Shown here: positions 46,301 to 57,480 of the stretch, piece by piece
How positions within the stretch are numbered: position 1 is the stretch's first letter
How the letters are laid out: each line of letters begins with the position of its first letter
Assembly (NCBI GenBank): GCA_946965045.2
Contig: OX337237.1
Coordinates: 186,001-250,000, forward strand
Reading direction: 5' to 3'
From: Epithemia pelagica
Lineage: Eukaryota > Protista > Bacillariophyta
Length of the DNA stretch: 64,000 nucleotides
The notes under the pieces: model-generated
Seen by the model: the letters and a program-made list of their open reading frames with translations, nothing else
Database searches by the model: none
Told to the model about the DNA's origin: nothing
Translations under genes and position numbers: made by a program

Positions 46301-46866
46301 GGGTTGTGCTCGTTGGTAACACACCCAGTTGTATTGGCTGCCGGTCCAGGCACGGAGGGTTTGGTATTCCACATGGAGCACGTTGGAAGGTTGTTGTCTT
46401 CACTGTAAGAGACAGAAGCATGTTTGGCGTGACTTTTGTGATATTCAAATTTGGCTCCACGGATGACAAAGCTTTCTGGAGAGTCTTGACCGGCCTCAGC
46501 ACTCATATGTTGAAGATAACTTTGCGGTGAAAGCAAACGACAACGAGCGGTAGGTACATGGTATGCTGGCGTGGTGATGGTCGTTGTAGTTCCATCATCA
46601 AGGGTCATTCCCCAACAGACTTTCCCGGTTCCAGCAATCGGAAGACCCTTGGCCAATCCTTGCAAGACGGAACCTTCCACTTCGGTATACTCAACAAAAT
46701 CAGTTTTGGTAGGCGAGATGGTTATCGTTGCCCCTGAATCGAAGGTCACCAGGAAAGAGTCTTTTGATTTCGAAGAGAAGAGCGATGTCCATGTGAATGG
46801 TACGTCAGCTCCCTCTGTTGACGGTGCAGTAACATTGGCTTCCGTGTTGTTGGGTGGAAGCAGCAA
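43348..46866 (-). CDS. pol: Copia Pol (PR-IN-RT, truncated RNase H); last 8 codons derive from the Kelch gene
   Basis: FDSGAT, WHYRLCH..C.SC, RVSMD, YQSDNG, QNGIAER, KLKARLC, QTDYSNAF, YIDD, YVDSDFAG. Confidence 0.92.
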   Translation of the reverse strand: MLLPPNNTEANVTAPSTEGADVPFTWTSLFSSKSKDSFLVTFDSGATITISPTKTDFVEYTEVEGSVLQGLAKGLPIAGTGKVCWGMTLDDGTTTTITTPAYHVPTARCRLLSPQSYLQHMSAEAGQDSPESFVIRGAKFEYHKSHAKHASVSYSEDNNLPTCSMWNTKPSVPGPAANTTGCVTNEHNPNLTSPQRELLKWHYRLCHQGLASLQRLLKTGALGNSPLLRATSKCDLPKCASCEFGKATRRPTDSTTKTSVPEREYGLKKENLFPGQRVSMDHFTVTQKGRLYSSKGKTHTDSMYSGGCIFVDHATGDIHIEHLVNFTATETIAAKQRYEKRMFDMGVTVQAYQSDNGIFASKAFVQEIENGLQNIKFSGVGALHQNGIAERGIGTILTKVRTILIHAAIRWPDAADMSLWPMAVDYVVHQHNHMPRASAGMMSPLELVLRTKVSRASFQDMHVWGCPCYVLEPTLQDGHKLPKWKPRSRRGIFLGFSRRHSSRVPLVLNTWTGHISPQFHVVFDDWFTSVIGTARDEPFDANQWTQLFADSRYHYAFDDDDPVVLADEWMDRYADNAERSAQIRQGQDQSQQQSEPPTPRTDDVLQDRRERQHPPNPDSPPLQQQRPEQPRETGEPPPAPSDGTDEPVFDPPPPPVPPSPNLPSSPSQGVRRSGRQRKPPLRWGYDGTQGAGSQALQSFALFVSDATTTAAYQAYLDVDDETDTYGFRDPIVYQASTKSKKKDPDLPSYFEAMTGDDCEGFTEAMGNEVRELEGKHTWDLEKRSTMEAKGRKALPSTWAFRRKRYPDGSIRKLKARLCVRGDKQIEGVDFFETYAPVVQWTTIRLVLLLSLVFNWLTVQTDYSNAFAQATLEEDVYMELPKDFAPQDSTEDYVLRLRKTLYGLRQAPLSWYDHLKGHLEQRGFTQSKYDPCLFFDATKQILCLVYIDDVIWVAPDEGRILKVLDSLKDDLELTVEGDVSAYLGIAFERLDDGQIKLKQLGLIERVLKATGLQECNPDKTPASQTPLGTDKDGAEFCEKWSYSSVVGMLLYLASNSRPEIAFAVHQCARFTHNPKASHGQAVKQICRYLKGTKDRGMILTPSKHLTVDCYVDSDFAGQWNAEDPQDPLCVKSRTGYVLMVAGCPVHWVSKLQSEIAVSTMEAEYIQETRSRQY

Positions 46867-47339
46867 GGCGAATTCTGGGATCTCAGGAGGAGGCGTCCCG
46901 TGGTAGGTGGCTCCGGAAAGTCGAAGGGCGTTGGTTCCACTTCGTCGGGCTCTTGTGTAGGAACTCTAGCGCGTGGCGCATGACGATCATGCCAGCGAGG
47001 AGGACCACGGACACGGTGGTCGTATTGCCGACTTGCGACAATCAACGAAGGAAACTTGTGTAACGGTGCACCAAGTACGTTTGTCATGGCTTGGGTGCTC
47101 ATGATTATGGCAGAATAGCACACGAGCAGCTTGGGTAAGACTGCAAGTGGCAAGCGACGATAGTAGCGACAGGCACGGCGATGCCGACGATACGGTTTGC
47201 GAGGCCAAAGGTTTTGGTGTAGAAGTCGCCCGATGGCGAGAATCAATCGCAAACAACAATCAAAGACGAAGGATAAAATGGGCTGTGGATTCAGAAATAC
47301 CAAGAAACTCCAAAGGGCAAGCAGAATCCGCCCAACCAG

Positions 47340-48821
47340 TCATTCTTCATCGTCATCAAGGATGGATGCAGCGCCAACAAAAGCTAGGGAGGCTGCTCCG
47401 GCAGGTTTGGCTGCTTTCTTGTCGCCAGTTTGCGAAGAAGGCAAGTCATTTCGATGTGTGGCGGTGCCATGGGACAATCGCCAGAAACCACAAATGGCAC
47501 ACCAGTGCCAGTCAGTGCCGTTCACATTTTTCGTTTCTGGGTCGTTTGGTCCAGGCGCAATAGATTTCCACGGTGCTTTGGGAGCTTTGGACTTTTTGTT
47601 GGTCTTGTCGCCACCGTGTTGGTTTGCAGGGTTATTGGGACAGTCTTTCTTTAGATGGTCTTCGGCACCACAAAGATAGCATTTGCGTCCATTTCCTCCG
47701 CCTTTACCATTACCATTCTTGTTCTTGATCGCGGCAGACACTTGTTTCTGCACGAGATTGTTTATTTCAGCTTTGGTGAAGGTCAATGCTTCCGGTGGGT
47801 TTCCCGAATCGGCCTTTCCGGATGGGCCCCAGCGGTCGGCAGTCGAAAGGAGGGTGTACTCTGCATTGGCTTCTTCAACCAAGTCTTGCACAGAAACATA
47901 GTCAGGTTCAGCTGATCGTGCATCAATGGTAGCTTTGGATAAGCCATGCACTTTTGTGACCCACTGGTTCACGGCAGTACTCCGTGCCATAAATTTCACT
48001 CGAAACTGTTCAACCGAAGACGTACACAGCTGCTCATTGAGGATGAAAGGAGCATCACTCGGCACATTGCGACCCAACTCAACGCAAGTCTGAAGAAACT
48101 TGGTTGTAAACACCTTAACATCTTTGCCTGGTGTTTGCCGCAGCTTGAGCGACTCCAACTGGGTCTTGAGAGCCTTGATTCGTTGGAATGAGGCTGTGCG
48201 CACTTCGCAAACGACGTAAATCCAAAGGATGGGTCCGTAGCGCAAGTCTCTAGGTAGGAGTGGCCGAATGCTTGTTTTCACCGTTTCATCTAACACAGCC
48301 ATGATTGCTTTGTATGCGAGGTCCATATTGTTAGTGGAGTAGTCGTCATACAGTGGTGTTGTCGCTGCTTGAGCATTTCGGAAGTGTGTGACAACATAAG
48401 CGGGTGAGAACTCCGAGTCCTCATGCAGAATGTTGACCAATTGTGTCGGATTCTGGGGATCTGGAAGGTAGAACTCAGCATCCATTCCGTGAAACTCCAC
48501 ATGCTCTGACACCAATTCTGCAAACTGTTCAATGGTCAGTTCCTTCTCGTCTCTGGTAAACTTTCGCGAATCGGTGTCGCTTGTCAAGATCGTTGTCTTG
48601 TACTTCAGTCCTTTGTGAGCCTCTGTTGGGTCCTGCAACTGGTAGCAGTAGGGGCTACGTGGAACAGTTCGCGTCGTTGCGGTGAACGTGTTGTCTGTTG
48701 GCCTTCCTCCAGTCCATGGATGGATGCCATTTAACCCACCTAACCGTGGTCTCGTCGGTGCTCTCGGTGGAGTCGGTCGTGGTGTTAAAGGAGGAGCCGT
48801 TGTCGCTCCTGTTCCTGACAT
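47340..48821 (-). CDS. gag: Copia Gag with CCHC zinc knuckle
   Basis: CYLCGAEDHLKKDC and WHWCAICGFWRLSHGTATH. Lies upstream of pol and downstream of the PBS. Confidence 0.88.
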   Translation of the reverse strand: MSGTGATTAPPLTPRPTPPRAPTRPRLGGLNGIHPWTGGRPTDNTFTATTRTVPRSPYCYQLQDPTEAHKGLKYKTTILTSDTDSRKFTRDEKELTIEQFAELVSEHVEFHGMDAEFYLPDPQNPTQLVNILHEDSEFSPAYVVTHFRNAQAATTPLYDDYSTNNMDLAYKAIMAVLDETVKTSIRPLLPRDLRYGPILWIYVVCEVRTASFQRIKALKTQLESLKLRQTPGKDVKVFTTKFLQTCVELGRNVPSDAPFILNEQLCTSSVEQFRVKFMARSTAVNQWVTKVHGLSKATIDARSAEPDYVSVQDLVEEANAEYTLLSTADRWGPSGKADSGNPPEALTFTKAEINNLVQKQVSAAIKNKNGNGKGGGNGRKCYLCGAEDHLKKDCPNNPANQHGGDKTNKKSKAPKAPWKSIAPGPNDPETKNVNGTDWHWCAICGFWRLSHGTATHRNDLPSSQTGDKKAAKPAGAASLAFVGAASILDDDEE

Positions 48822-48915
48822 GGTAGTCGTCGTCGTTTCTTCCTTCTTGCCGTTGCGTCGTTGTTACGATTCCAAATCTCGTCTTTTCGCTTGTATGCTC
48901 ACAAACCCTTCAACT

Positions 48916-48928
48916 TGGGCTCATAACC
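48916..48928 (-). promoter_or_regulatory. Primer-binding site GGTTATGAGCCCA
   Basis: Immediately follows the LTR-terminal CA. Resembles the Drosophila copia PBS that pairs with the internal tRNAiMet half. Confidence 0.75.
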
Positions 48929-49164
48929 TGCCGCAATCTATCGTTATAGATGCGTCTCTTGTCGTACTCAGCGGTCAAATGATCGCTATGGTCAACAAAT
49001 GATGACGGTAGGCAGGGAACGGAAGGGAGAAGAGATGCAACAATCAAACAAAGCGAAATTATGATTCCAAACTGTGTGTGGGAGTTATTCTACTTTCTTG
49101 GCTCGACTCGCGCGCTCCAAGGCTGCTACCCCACTAGCATGCATACTTCCCCACTGTCACGACA

Positions 49165-49600
49165 CAATCGTTATTCGTCATTCTTCCTTCAACCAAGATG
49201 AAGAGAAGTGGGAACCCTCGGAAGCGTGGCCTCCTCTGCACTGGATTGTATCGTTGCCCGCTCCAGGCATCGAATGGAACATGGAAGCAAGTACGGATAC
49301 GGACCGTCTAATTGCCGCACTTCGGATCAATCCTGAAGTTGTGTCTTGGAAGCAGGAACCAAATTGAGGCTCTCGACTGCGTGTTTTCGTCATGCGGCGA
49401 TACTCTTGGTGAATGGTTCCCAACACCGCATTGTTGTGGCTGGTGGGAGAGGGAAACCCGAGGTTTGCGCCCCGTCTCCATGACAACCGTACGAGTTTTG
49501 GATTTGAACTATGGCACCGTGTCTACGAAAAGATCTCCAGGGCCGACGATCGGGCGGATATCTCGTGGCCCTCCCGGATCATAATAATAGGTTGGTCGCT
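49165..49600 (+). pseudogene. Multiply deleted copy of Kelch C (61607-62842)
   Basis: Matches ~61646-61730, then jumps to 62273, 62405 and 62464-62730. Confidence 0.8.
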
Positions 49601-49728
49601 ATGATTGGCAAGGAAGATTTTCTTGCACTATGAACAATGACACCCACAAAATGTATGGAATCATTGCAGTCCGAAGTAACGCCAAACACCAATAATCATG
49701 AGTTTGTTACCATCGGACAGAGATTCGA

Positions 49729-49846
49729 CATCTGCTTCAATCGTCGATCATCATTCTGCTTTCAGCCAAGATGAAGAGAAGTAGGAAACCTAGGAAGCGT
49801 GGCCTCCTTTGTTGGGTGGATGGCGTCAAGAGCATGTCACTGTTGC
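49729..49846 (+). pseudogene. Short 5' fragment of Kelch C with stop codons
   Basis: tcgtcgatcatcattc...gcgtggcctcct.tgttgggtggatggcgtcaag matches 61650-61740. Confidence 0.75.
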
Positions 49847-50210
49847 GCCACTTTTCTTCCTTTTCCCACCAAATCCATTGCGCATTCGATGCATCGAAAC
49901 AGTCATACTCCGTCGGGCAACTATGTAGCGGAATACCAATCCAATACCACACACTTGAATGAGTCAAGAAGGTATCAGCAATGCGAAAACTATAATACCT
50001 GGACACGAAATTCTGAGGAGGCGCCAAAGTCGTGTGCGAAAGCAGGCCCGAGCAGATTGGCTGATTAGCAAAATGTTTCGAGATACTACAAGTAGAACAG
50101 CTATCCATTGTGACCATGGTGACAAGTCCTGCCTAACATGATGACCTTGTTTTTTTGTTGGAAGCAGCGCGTCATTGGTGCGGTCCGTCTCCTTGGCTTA
50201 TACATTTGTG

Positions 50211-50324
50211 TGGAGAAGGACCTCAACGCTATTGACAAAATGAGACGAAACGCGATCAAGCAATTTCTGTTTCTAGGGAGCTTTTTGTGTGTCATAGTCC
50301 GAACGATAGAGTAGGTAGCTATGG
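50211..50324. repeat. Dispersed repeat R1, copy 4
   Basis: tggagaaggacctcaacgctattgac...gtcatagtccgaacgatagagtaggtagctatgg. Confidence 0.75.
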
Positions 50325-50438
50325 TCTTTTTCGCCACCAAAAGACCTCGACAACGGCGGCGACAAACGGAAGGTTTGATTCCATGGAGGATTTCGCTTCT
50401 CATCTATGTACGACAAGGTTACCGTTACCACACTGGCG

Positions 50439-52394
50439 TTAAGGTCCATCCTTTGAAATTCGGATGCGCCCTTTAGGGTTGTTCCAATAAACGACAACCT
50501 GCTCTCCTGAGCCATTGTCGCGATGAACAATCGACGTAACCAACTGTGTGTCCTTTGCGCCGCGATTCAACAGGCCCTGGTCATCTACAATCCGCTCTCC
50601 TGAGGCATTGCCTGAACCATTGTCAGGAGTAACAATTGCTGCAGCTGTATTCTGTGCGTCGTTTGCACCAAGACTTGACAGACCCTGGCGATTTAATTCC
50701 TGAACATTCTGTCCCATAGTATCAAATCGACTCATGAATTTCTGTTCGAATTGAGCAAGGAATTGCTCTTGCATGCCTTTGATTTGTTCTAATGTTTGCT
50801 GTTGGTGTTTTGTACTTTGGTCTTCGAGGCGCCGGGTTCGTTCAGTAACTATTTGCTCCAGTACCTGCTTCTCTTGTTCCAGAGCTTTCAATCGTTTCTC
50901 TTGATCCTGACGACTCGCATCCAGTCGCTTCAAATGCTCCAGAATGATGAGACCCCTTTTGGCATCAGAATCGGTATCATATACAACTTTTTGATCAGAT
51001 GAAGACTCCCTGTTCTCAGAGTTCGGAATAGCTGTTTGATCCGTTGGACTATCAATGCTCACTGTGTCCAGAGTAACTGGTGTTGAGCCGCTTTCTTCTG
51101 ATGCTTCCTTGGGGCGTTTCAAGGCCGTTGCATCTATTATCTGATGACAATCATGAGGGGGACGTTTAACCCCAGATGTGGGAGATTCTTGTGCGTAGTA
51201 TATCTCATGTTCCAACTAACGAAATCACAATGTGATAAACATTAAGCCGATATAGAAAAGTAGGACGCTTTCAGTTACAACACGTACCTCCTTCTATACC
51301 TGAGAGCTTCCAAACTGCAATGCTTCCATCTTTTCGCTATACATAGCAAGCAACTCGCCAGAGTCAGGCTGGAAGACCATGTATTGACCACATTTCGCCT
51401 CGCTCATGTCGGGCAGAGCAGAAACTCTTCGACGCTCCAAATCAATCACTTCCAAGCGCCGACAGCTACCTCCGTATACTACAATTTTGGAGCCAACTGC
51501 AACCGACATGTAATCTTGGCGTGGAACTGTAACCAAAATGTCCTGTTCCTCGTTCCACGATAGAATCTTTGGGTGAATTTGGTCCGGTGAGGATTCAGGT
51601 ATATCAAATTCAATATATTCAACTGACTTGGGGGCTGACACTCGCTGGTGACCACTAACGATGTAAACCTTGTTTCCAATCGCCGCAGTGCTCAATCGAT
51701 AACGTGGCCGTCGACAACGTGGTACGGATTCTTGAGGAGCACAAATGGTTACCAGTGTGTGATTGCTCGTGTCCATTATATCAACACTGTGCTGCAGATC
51801 AATATGAAGATCATGTCCACGACTCGCAATAAAAACAATGTATCGGTCTTGTAACACAGTCGCATTTCCATATCGTGACATACGAGACAATTGACAAGAT
51901 ACGTTGTACCATTTCTGAGAAAGGTTTGCCGTTGACTCATCCAAAAGATCGTTTATTTCGATTCGTTCAATCGTGGCTACGTTCCGTCCTCCAATTGCAT
52001 AGACTGCACCATTGCAGACGACTGCATCAAAGCGTGAACGAGGCCGATTCATTGGAGGACCATCCCTCCATTTTGGAAAATCGCTAGGGTCCGTAGGAAT
52101 TTCAAGAAGTCGAACTGAATTGGTTTGCTCTTTACTGCGACCAGACTTTGTCGAGTTGATTTCTCCACCCAAGACAACCAGTGCTGTGGAACATTGAAAG
52201 CAATTAGGGTTGACACTGGCCTGGTGATGCTTGGTCGAGGAAACCAGAACTGTCCCATGAACTTGGCGATTATCTTCCATCATCTGGGGCCATGATACTT
52301 TCACTTGCCACTGGCTCTGAGAAACGCATGCCGTTGGATCTTCGTCATCAATGGAGGAGGAGGGATTGTTTTCTTGCATATTGGCTTGGGTCAT
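50439..52394 (-). CDS. Kelch D + coiled coil, lacking the C-terminal anchor; intron 51216-51299
   Basis: Kelch ORF 51294-52394 is joined in frame to 50439-51215 by an 84-nt GT..AG intron. Confidence 0.75.
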
Positions 52395-54224
52395 GGCTCT
52401 GCGTATCCAAAATCCAACAATTATGGATCTTCATATCCTGGCAATCTTTGATGTGACGGTAAAGATGTGCACCTGCTGGTGTAGATGGCAGAGGCCCGCG
52501 AGATGTAGTTCACTCCAAAAACTCTAGATGATTGCCACTTTTTGTACGATGAGACGGCCGAAATGTAGTCCACTCCAAAACTCCAAATGATTGCCACAGT
52601 CGGACCCTCAATGCGCGCGCTTCATATAGGCCAATGGTTGCCCGATGGCACGTGTTTTCTCCAGAAGATGGTGGACGTTTGGGTGTCCATCGTTTGCAAA
52701 AGGCCAAGAGTGAATCCTGCATTGTGTTCGCAGGTACTGGTGAGATCATCACATAAAGTCTAATAGCTTCCTTTCTTTGACTTCCATTCCGAATGGAGCG
52801 CCATCACATCAGCCTTTGGAAGCTCACGCGTCAGTGCCACAGTTGGAAAAGGGGCAGTATAGTTTTCTTCGTTCCAGCAGGTAGTATAGTATTCAGCCGT
52901 GTCTATATTATAGGAAGCTTTGTTTGCCTGTCGATCGATCGATCGATCGATCCAAATCCTTGGGTGTATCATCCCGCTCGTCGTTCGCTTTTGTCGTTCG
53001 GATATCACACCCAAATGCCTTTATTGTCATAGACAATGTATCGTCTTTCTCCTTGATCCACAACACCGACACAGTTCTCGAATCGTTTGGGTCTTGTCGT
53101 CGTTGCAGCGCACCGTTCGGAATCGAATTCTTTCTGATTCGAGGAATGTCACAACAACAGGGTTCGTTATCCACCGAGTGCACAACAATTAGAGGCATTC
53201 GATCCCTTTTCGTGTCCTTGTTTGTTGTCCTTCGGTTTACCGGCCACTTTCATATCGGGGGTGCAATGTTGTGGATGCGCGAATGGCAAACGGACCACAT
53301 GGCGGTTCCCTTTTTGTGTGTGGTTGGGACAAAAGGAGACGACTTCACCATCACCACAAAATCCTTTTGTGCGCCACATGGTCCAAAGATCGGGGTCCGG
53401 TCGCACGTTATCCGCGACCCGAGGAGGGCGAGACATCCAGTCGCACGTTTAGAGAACTCCCGACTTAAGCGGGACTCACCCCTGCCACGCGACCAAACAC
53501 ACCCGACACACCCGTTCTATGGATGGACGATGGTATAGAGTGGCGGCGATATCTACCAACGGCCCAGGATATTCGACTGGATCGGGAAGGATTACTCCCA
53601 TGAACAGATGGATCTAGGAGAATACGGAGAGCAGAGAGAGCAGAGAGAGCAGAGAGAGAGAGAGAGAGAATCGAGAATCGTCCCCAACGTTCCGTGATGG
53701 TTTTCTCTCGAGGAATGAATCTATATGCGCTCTCTCTCATTAAAAAGGAGGATTCGAACTACCCCATTACGGACCGACTGTGACTTTCGGATGCAACGTT
53801 CTGTCTGCTGCAGTTGTGTGTGTCCACGTAGGATACGCCTTGCAAGAATTTCTCGGCTGATATCATGAGAGGCATGTGATCTCTCCCTCTCCGATTCTCA
53901 CACTATGGGAAAACCGCATTCGTATCTCTGCGGGGCGACGATTTTCCCATGGAGCATCAACTACTAATACCCAAGCCTTCAAACATGTCAGGTTCGGCCT
54001 GGTCTCGTCTCCTCCTGCTCCTCCTTGGACGAAAGAAAGTGGTTCCCCCAAAGCACTATGACCGGCCACATTTTCATAGGGGGTGCATGCAATGTGGTGG
54101 ATACAATGTGGTTTGAATGTCTTTTTCGGTAGTGGGTTTACGACTACAACTACCTGAGGAACAAAATTGCGGCGAGACTGGGAACTGGAACCGTCTCCAA
54201 CAACTATGATTTGTTTTTTGGGCA

Positions 54225-54560
54225 CGGCGAGAAAGGCGTTCTCGAACGATCAACCGGTCTACACTCTCTATCAAACAACTTGAATGCTCTTTTTGTCGGC
54301 AATGGCCGGGTCTACAATATCCGTGGCGGAAACAACAATTCGAACGGCTGTCTCGATAGTACAATCGAACGAATGAATGAATGGACAGTGCCAATCTTGT
54401 CCTGAAACAAGACCAGTTCGATTTGCATTTTCCCACCTGGGAAGACTCTTTTCGTTTGTAAAATCTCATGCAACATTCTGGCGGACCTTGCCCAATAAAA
54501 GTTACCGGTTCCACGAGCCGGGTATGCGGCGGCGACTGTATGAGATCGAACGGAGGGAGA
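54225..54560 (+). pseudogene. Degenerate internal fragment of Kelch C
   Basis: aacttgaatgct...ggaaacaacaattcgaacggctgtctcgat...acaagaccagttcga...ggttccacgagccgg matches 61940-62180. Confidence 0.75.
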
Positions 54561-55089
54561 CGGGGTTGGCCTCTTTTGGAAAGGACATTCAGAATAGAGT
54601 GATATAGAGAGAGCATGGATCATTCAACGCAACCTGTGGCCCCAACAAATCCATGGGATTTCAAGAATGGTACCTCCCAATGTTCAAGGTCACTCTTTCT
54701 ATCTCAGTCGGAAACGTTTGGGTAACACAATTGGAAGAGCAACCCTCCATCCTATCCAAACATGGGTTGCTCCAATCTCTCTACTCCCTATGTGCCAATG
54801 ACTCTCGTTTTGTCGTGCGCTTCCTGGTGGAATTGTGGACAAGAAATAAAGAAAATAAAATTGAACCTACAACGTTTCATTGAAAAGAAACAAAGCTTCG
54901 AGCAACACATCATCACACTTTATGAGAGGCATCCTGGTTGGATAACAAGCCTCTGTGACGGTCAACATTGCAGAGATTCGAGTTATATAGAATCACAGTG
55001 GTGGGGGTGAAGAGTCTTCCAATATGTATATATATGTAGAGAGAGAGAGAGAGAGAGAGAGATACGTATATGGTTGTTTTGGAACACGT

Positions 55090-57066
55090 TTAACTGGTCC
55101 ACCGATTCCAGAGAATCCAGGCACTGTACAACATGGTACTTCCAATCAAAGTCGCTTCGAGTCGGTTCATTCGATCCTGCATCGTCATGTTAGCTGCGCT
55201 GCTTGTGGGAGGAGTATTGGAGGTACTCACGCGGATGGAATTCTCGCCGCAAGGATTTGTTAGTGTCGTCTTATTCTCATCCAGTTGTTGCGCGTTCCAG
55301 ACATGGCCAGAAGACACAAGAGACTTGTGAATCTCCGTAGCAAGGGCTTTGGTTGTCCTGGAACACAATAGGGTGACACCTGCAGAACCATTGTCCGTAG
55401 GCAACCTTGCAGCGGACTTGATCGGTGCTCTGTCGTTGGTACCAGCACGTGTCGAATCACTCTGGTGATCATCGACAAGCTTTTGTTCCAATGCATCCAA
55501 ACGAGCAAGCAGATTCTGTTCCATTGCACGGTGCTCCCTATGCAGATCTTGGAGACCTTGCAAACGTTTTTCAAAAGCATTCGGGTCCTTTTGGATTGAC
55601 TCAACAACGGCTTCCATGCGAGTCAAACGGTCATTCAGGCATGGCTTTTGTTCGGTTCCCCAGAAGCCAGAAGCAGAGGAGTGGCACTGTGCATCAGTGT
55701 CTCGACTAGCTGAATCACTGGTGGCCGGTTTCTGGGAGTTGGTTTCTGGTGCCTTCTTTGTGCGTTTTGAGGACGCTCCATCCAATGGCTTTGGACGAAG
55801 ACGCTTGGTTCCTGATGACGTACTTTTTTCTCGGGAGGCCTTTCACGTTTTCCAATGACAAAAAGAAGCAATATGCGAAATGAGAAAGACATTCTTCGAC
55901 ACAAACCGTCTGAGACATGATGTTTTTTCCGCTGGAGGACGTACCATAGGAATTGTTCTTTGACGACTTTCCAAGTTGCCCATGCCGCTTTCAAATTGCA
56001 ATGACTGTATTGTACCATTGTATGCATCGACTGCCAGTAGCCTGTCCGATTCAGGAAGAGCAAACAAGAAATCTCTTGCACTAAAACTTCCCATCATCTC
56101 GGGCAATGCTGACTTTTCTCTCCGCATCACATCGATGACTTCGATGGACCTAATCGACTCGCCGTTGCGATCAAGACCTCCAGCAACCACAATTTTGGAA
56201 CCAAGAACAACAGATGAATAGAAGTAGCGAGCATGCAACAGGAATGAAAGATCTGTTTCCACATTCCACGACAGAATCTGTGGACGTAATGCGTGGTTGG
56301 ATGATTCACCGCCTGTTTCAGGCTCATTATGATCGTTGGCAATGATGTCATTCCATTCAAATTCAATACATTCCACCAAATTTATGGCTTCGTTATCAGA
56401 CATCCTTTCTCCACCAATAATATACACCTTACTTTCAACCGCTGCAGTAGTGAATCTCGTACGAGGGACATGCGTTCGAGACGGGGCACCAAATGTAGTC
56501 AGTGTGTGGTTGTCTGGGTCGCCAGTATCCAGAACCTGAATCATGCCATGCTGGTCTTGATACATCATGACAACAATGTAGCGGTCTTTCACCACAGCAG
56601 TAGACCCTTTAAAATTTTTAAGGGAAGCGAATTGACACGATAAGTCGCTCCAGCTTTGTGTCGGTTTCTCCGGTTCGGATGTATTGGGCTCTTTCAAGAG
56701 ATCGTGGATGTTAATGCGCTCAATGGTATCTGTCTGGTCACCTCCAAGTGCATAGACTGCACCATTGCAAACAACCGCAGAAAAATGCCATCGTCGCTGA
56801 TTCATTGACGGGCCTTTTTGCCAGTGTGAAATAGAGTTCGCTCCTGTTGGGATGTCCAAGAACGCTACACAGTTTGTAGGCTCCCATTTATCACCCTGAT
56901 CTCCTCCAAGTATTACCAATGATGTACGTAGCGTTCCAGAGCCACAATTGTTTTGGTTTTTCGGGGAAACGACAACCCATGCACTATCCATGTCAAATCC
57001 TTTCAAAGGCTCTGGCCACGAGCTCTTGACTTGCCACTTGCTAGCACATCTTCTGGTTCTCACCAT
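55090..57066 (-). CDS. Kelch / coiled-coil / anchor protein A4; intron 55840-55944
   Basis: A 105-nt GT..AG intron joins 55843-57066 to 55090-55785 in frame. Ends IGSTMLYSAWILWNRWTS. Confidence 0.82.
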
Positions 57067-57480
57067 GTCAGTGATGAGGAGGAGTATCTGTCGTTCTTGT
57101 CCGTAGATGATAATACCGTGTTGGATGCAATCGGATCCTTTTCATCAATCAATAGTGCGGAACTCAGATGAGTTTTGATCCAAATAGGCTAAGCCTTCTT
57201 CAGGATTTGATGTGAACGTCCTCGCCATACGAATTTCCGGCGATCCAACCGTCCACGATCCGAAGATGAGTGTAGTTCACACCAAAACGCCAGATCCCTA
57301 AGACGTTTTGTGTTCAGGATGCACGCACCACTACACACTGCACGAGTTTTGGTTATTGGGAGCTCTAGAAAGAGTTAAACTCCGCGGGGAAACTATATAG
57401 GTGGCGAAATGAATTGAAGTCTCACTTGAATGGGAAAACTATAGCTATAGCGGCCCATCTCCATTGTCTTAACCTTCGTA

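Larger units (their letters stand above)
43378..49164 (-). mobile_element. Second Ty1/copia element, 3'-truncated within RNase H
   Basis: 5' LTR ~48929-49164 (TGTCGT...GCGGCA), PBS, gag and pol. Ends at STMEAEYI with no PPT or 3' LTR. Confidence 0.9.

Noticed and set aside
45769-46530. 253-aa plus-strand ORF (also 44607-45299, 25665-26243)
   Set aside because: Antisense or off-frame within copia pol; no recognisable domain.
49737-50117. 126-aa ORF in a segment duplicated at 40190-40440
   Set aside because: The paralog has stops and I saw no clear synonymous bias in any frame.
52760-53740. Possible small spliced gene around the (GATC)n and (AG)n tracts
   Set aside because: Short ORFs without motifs; no exon structure could be supported.
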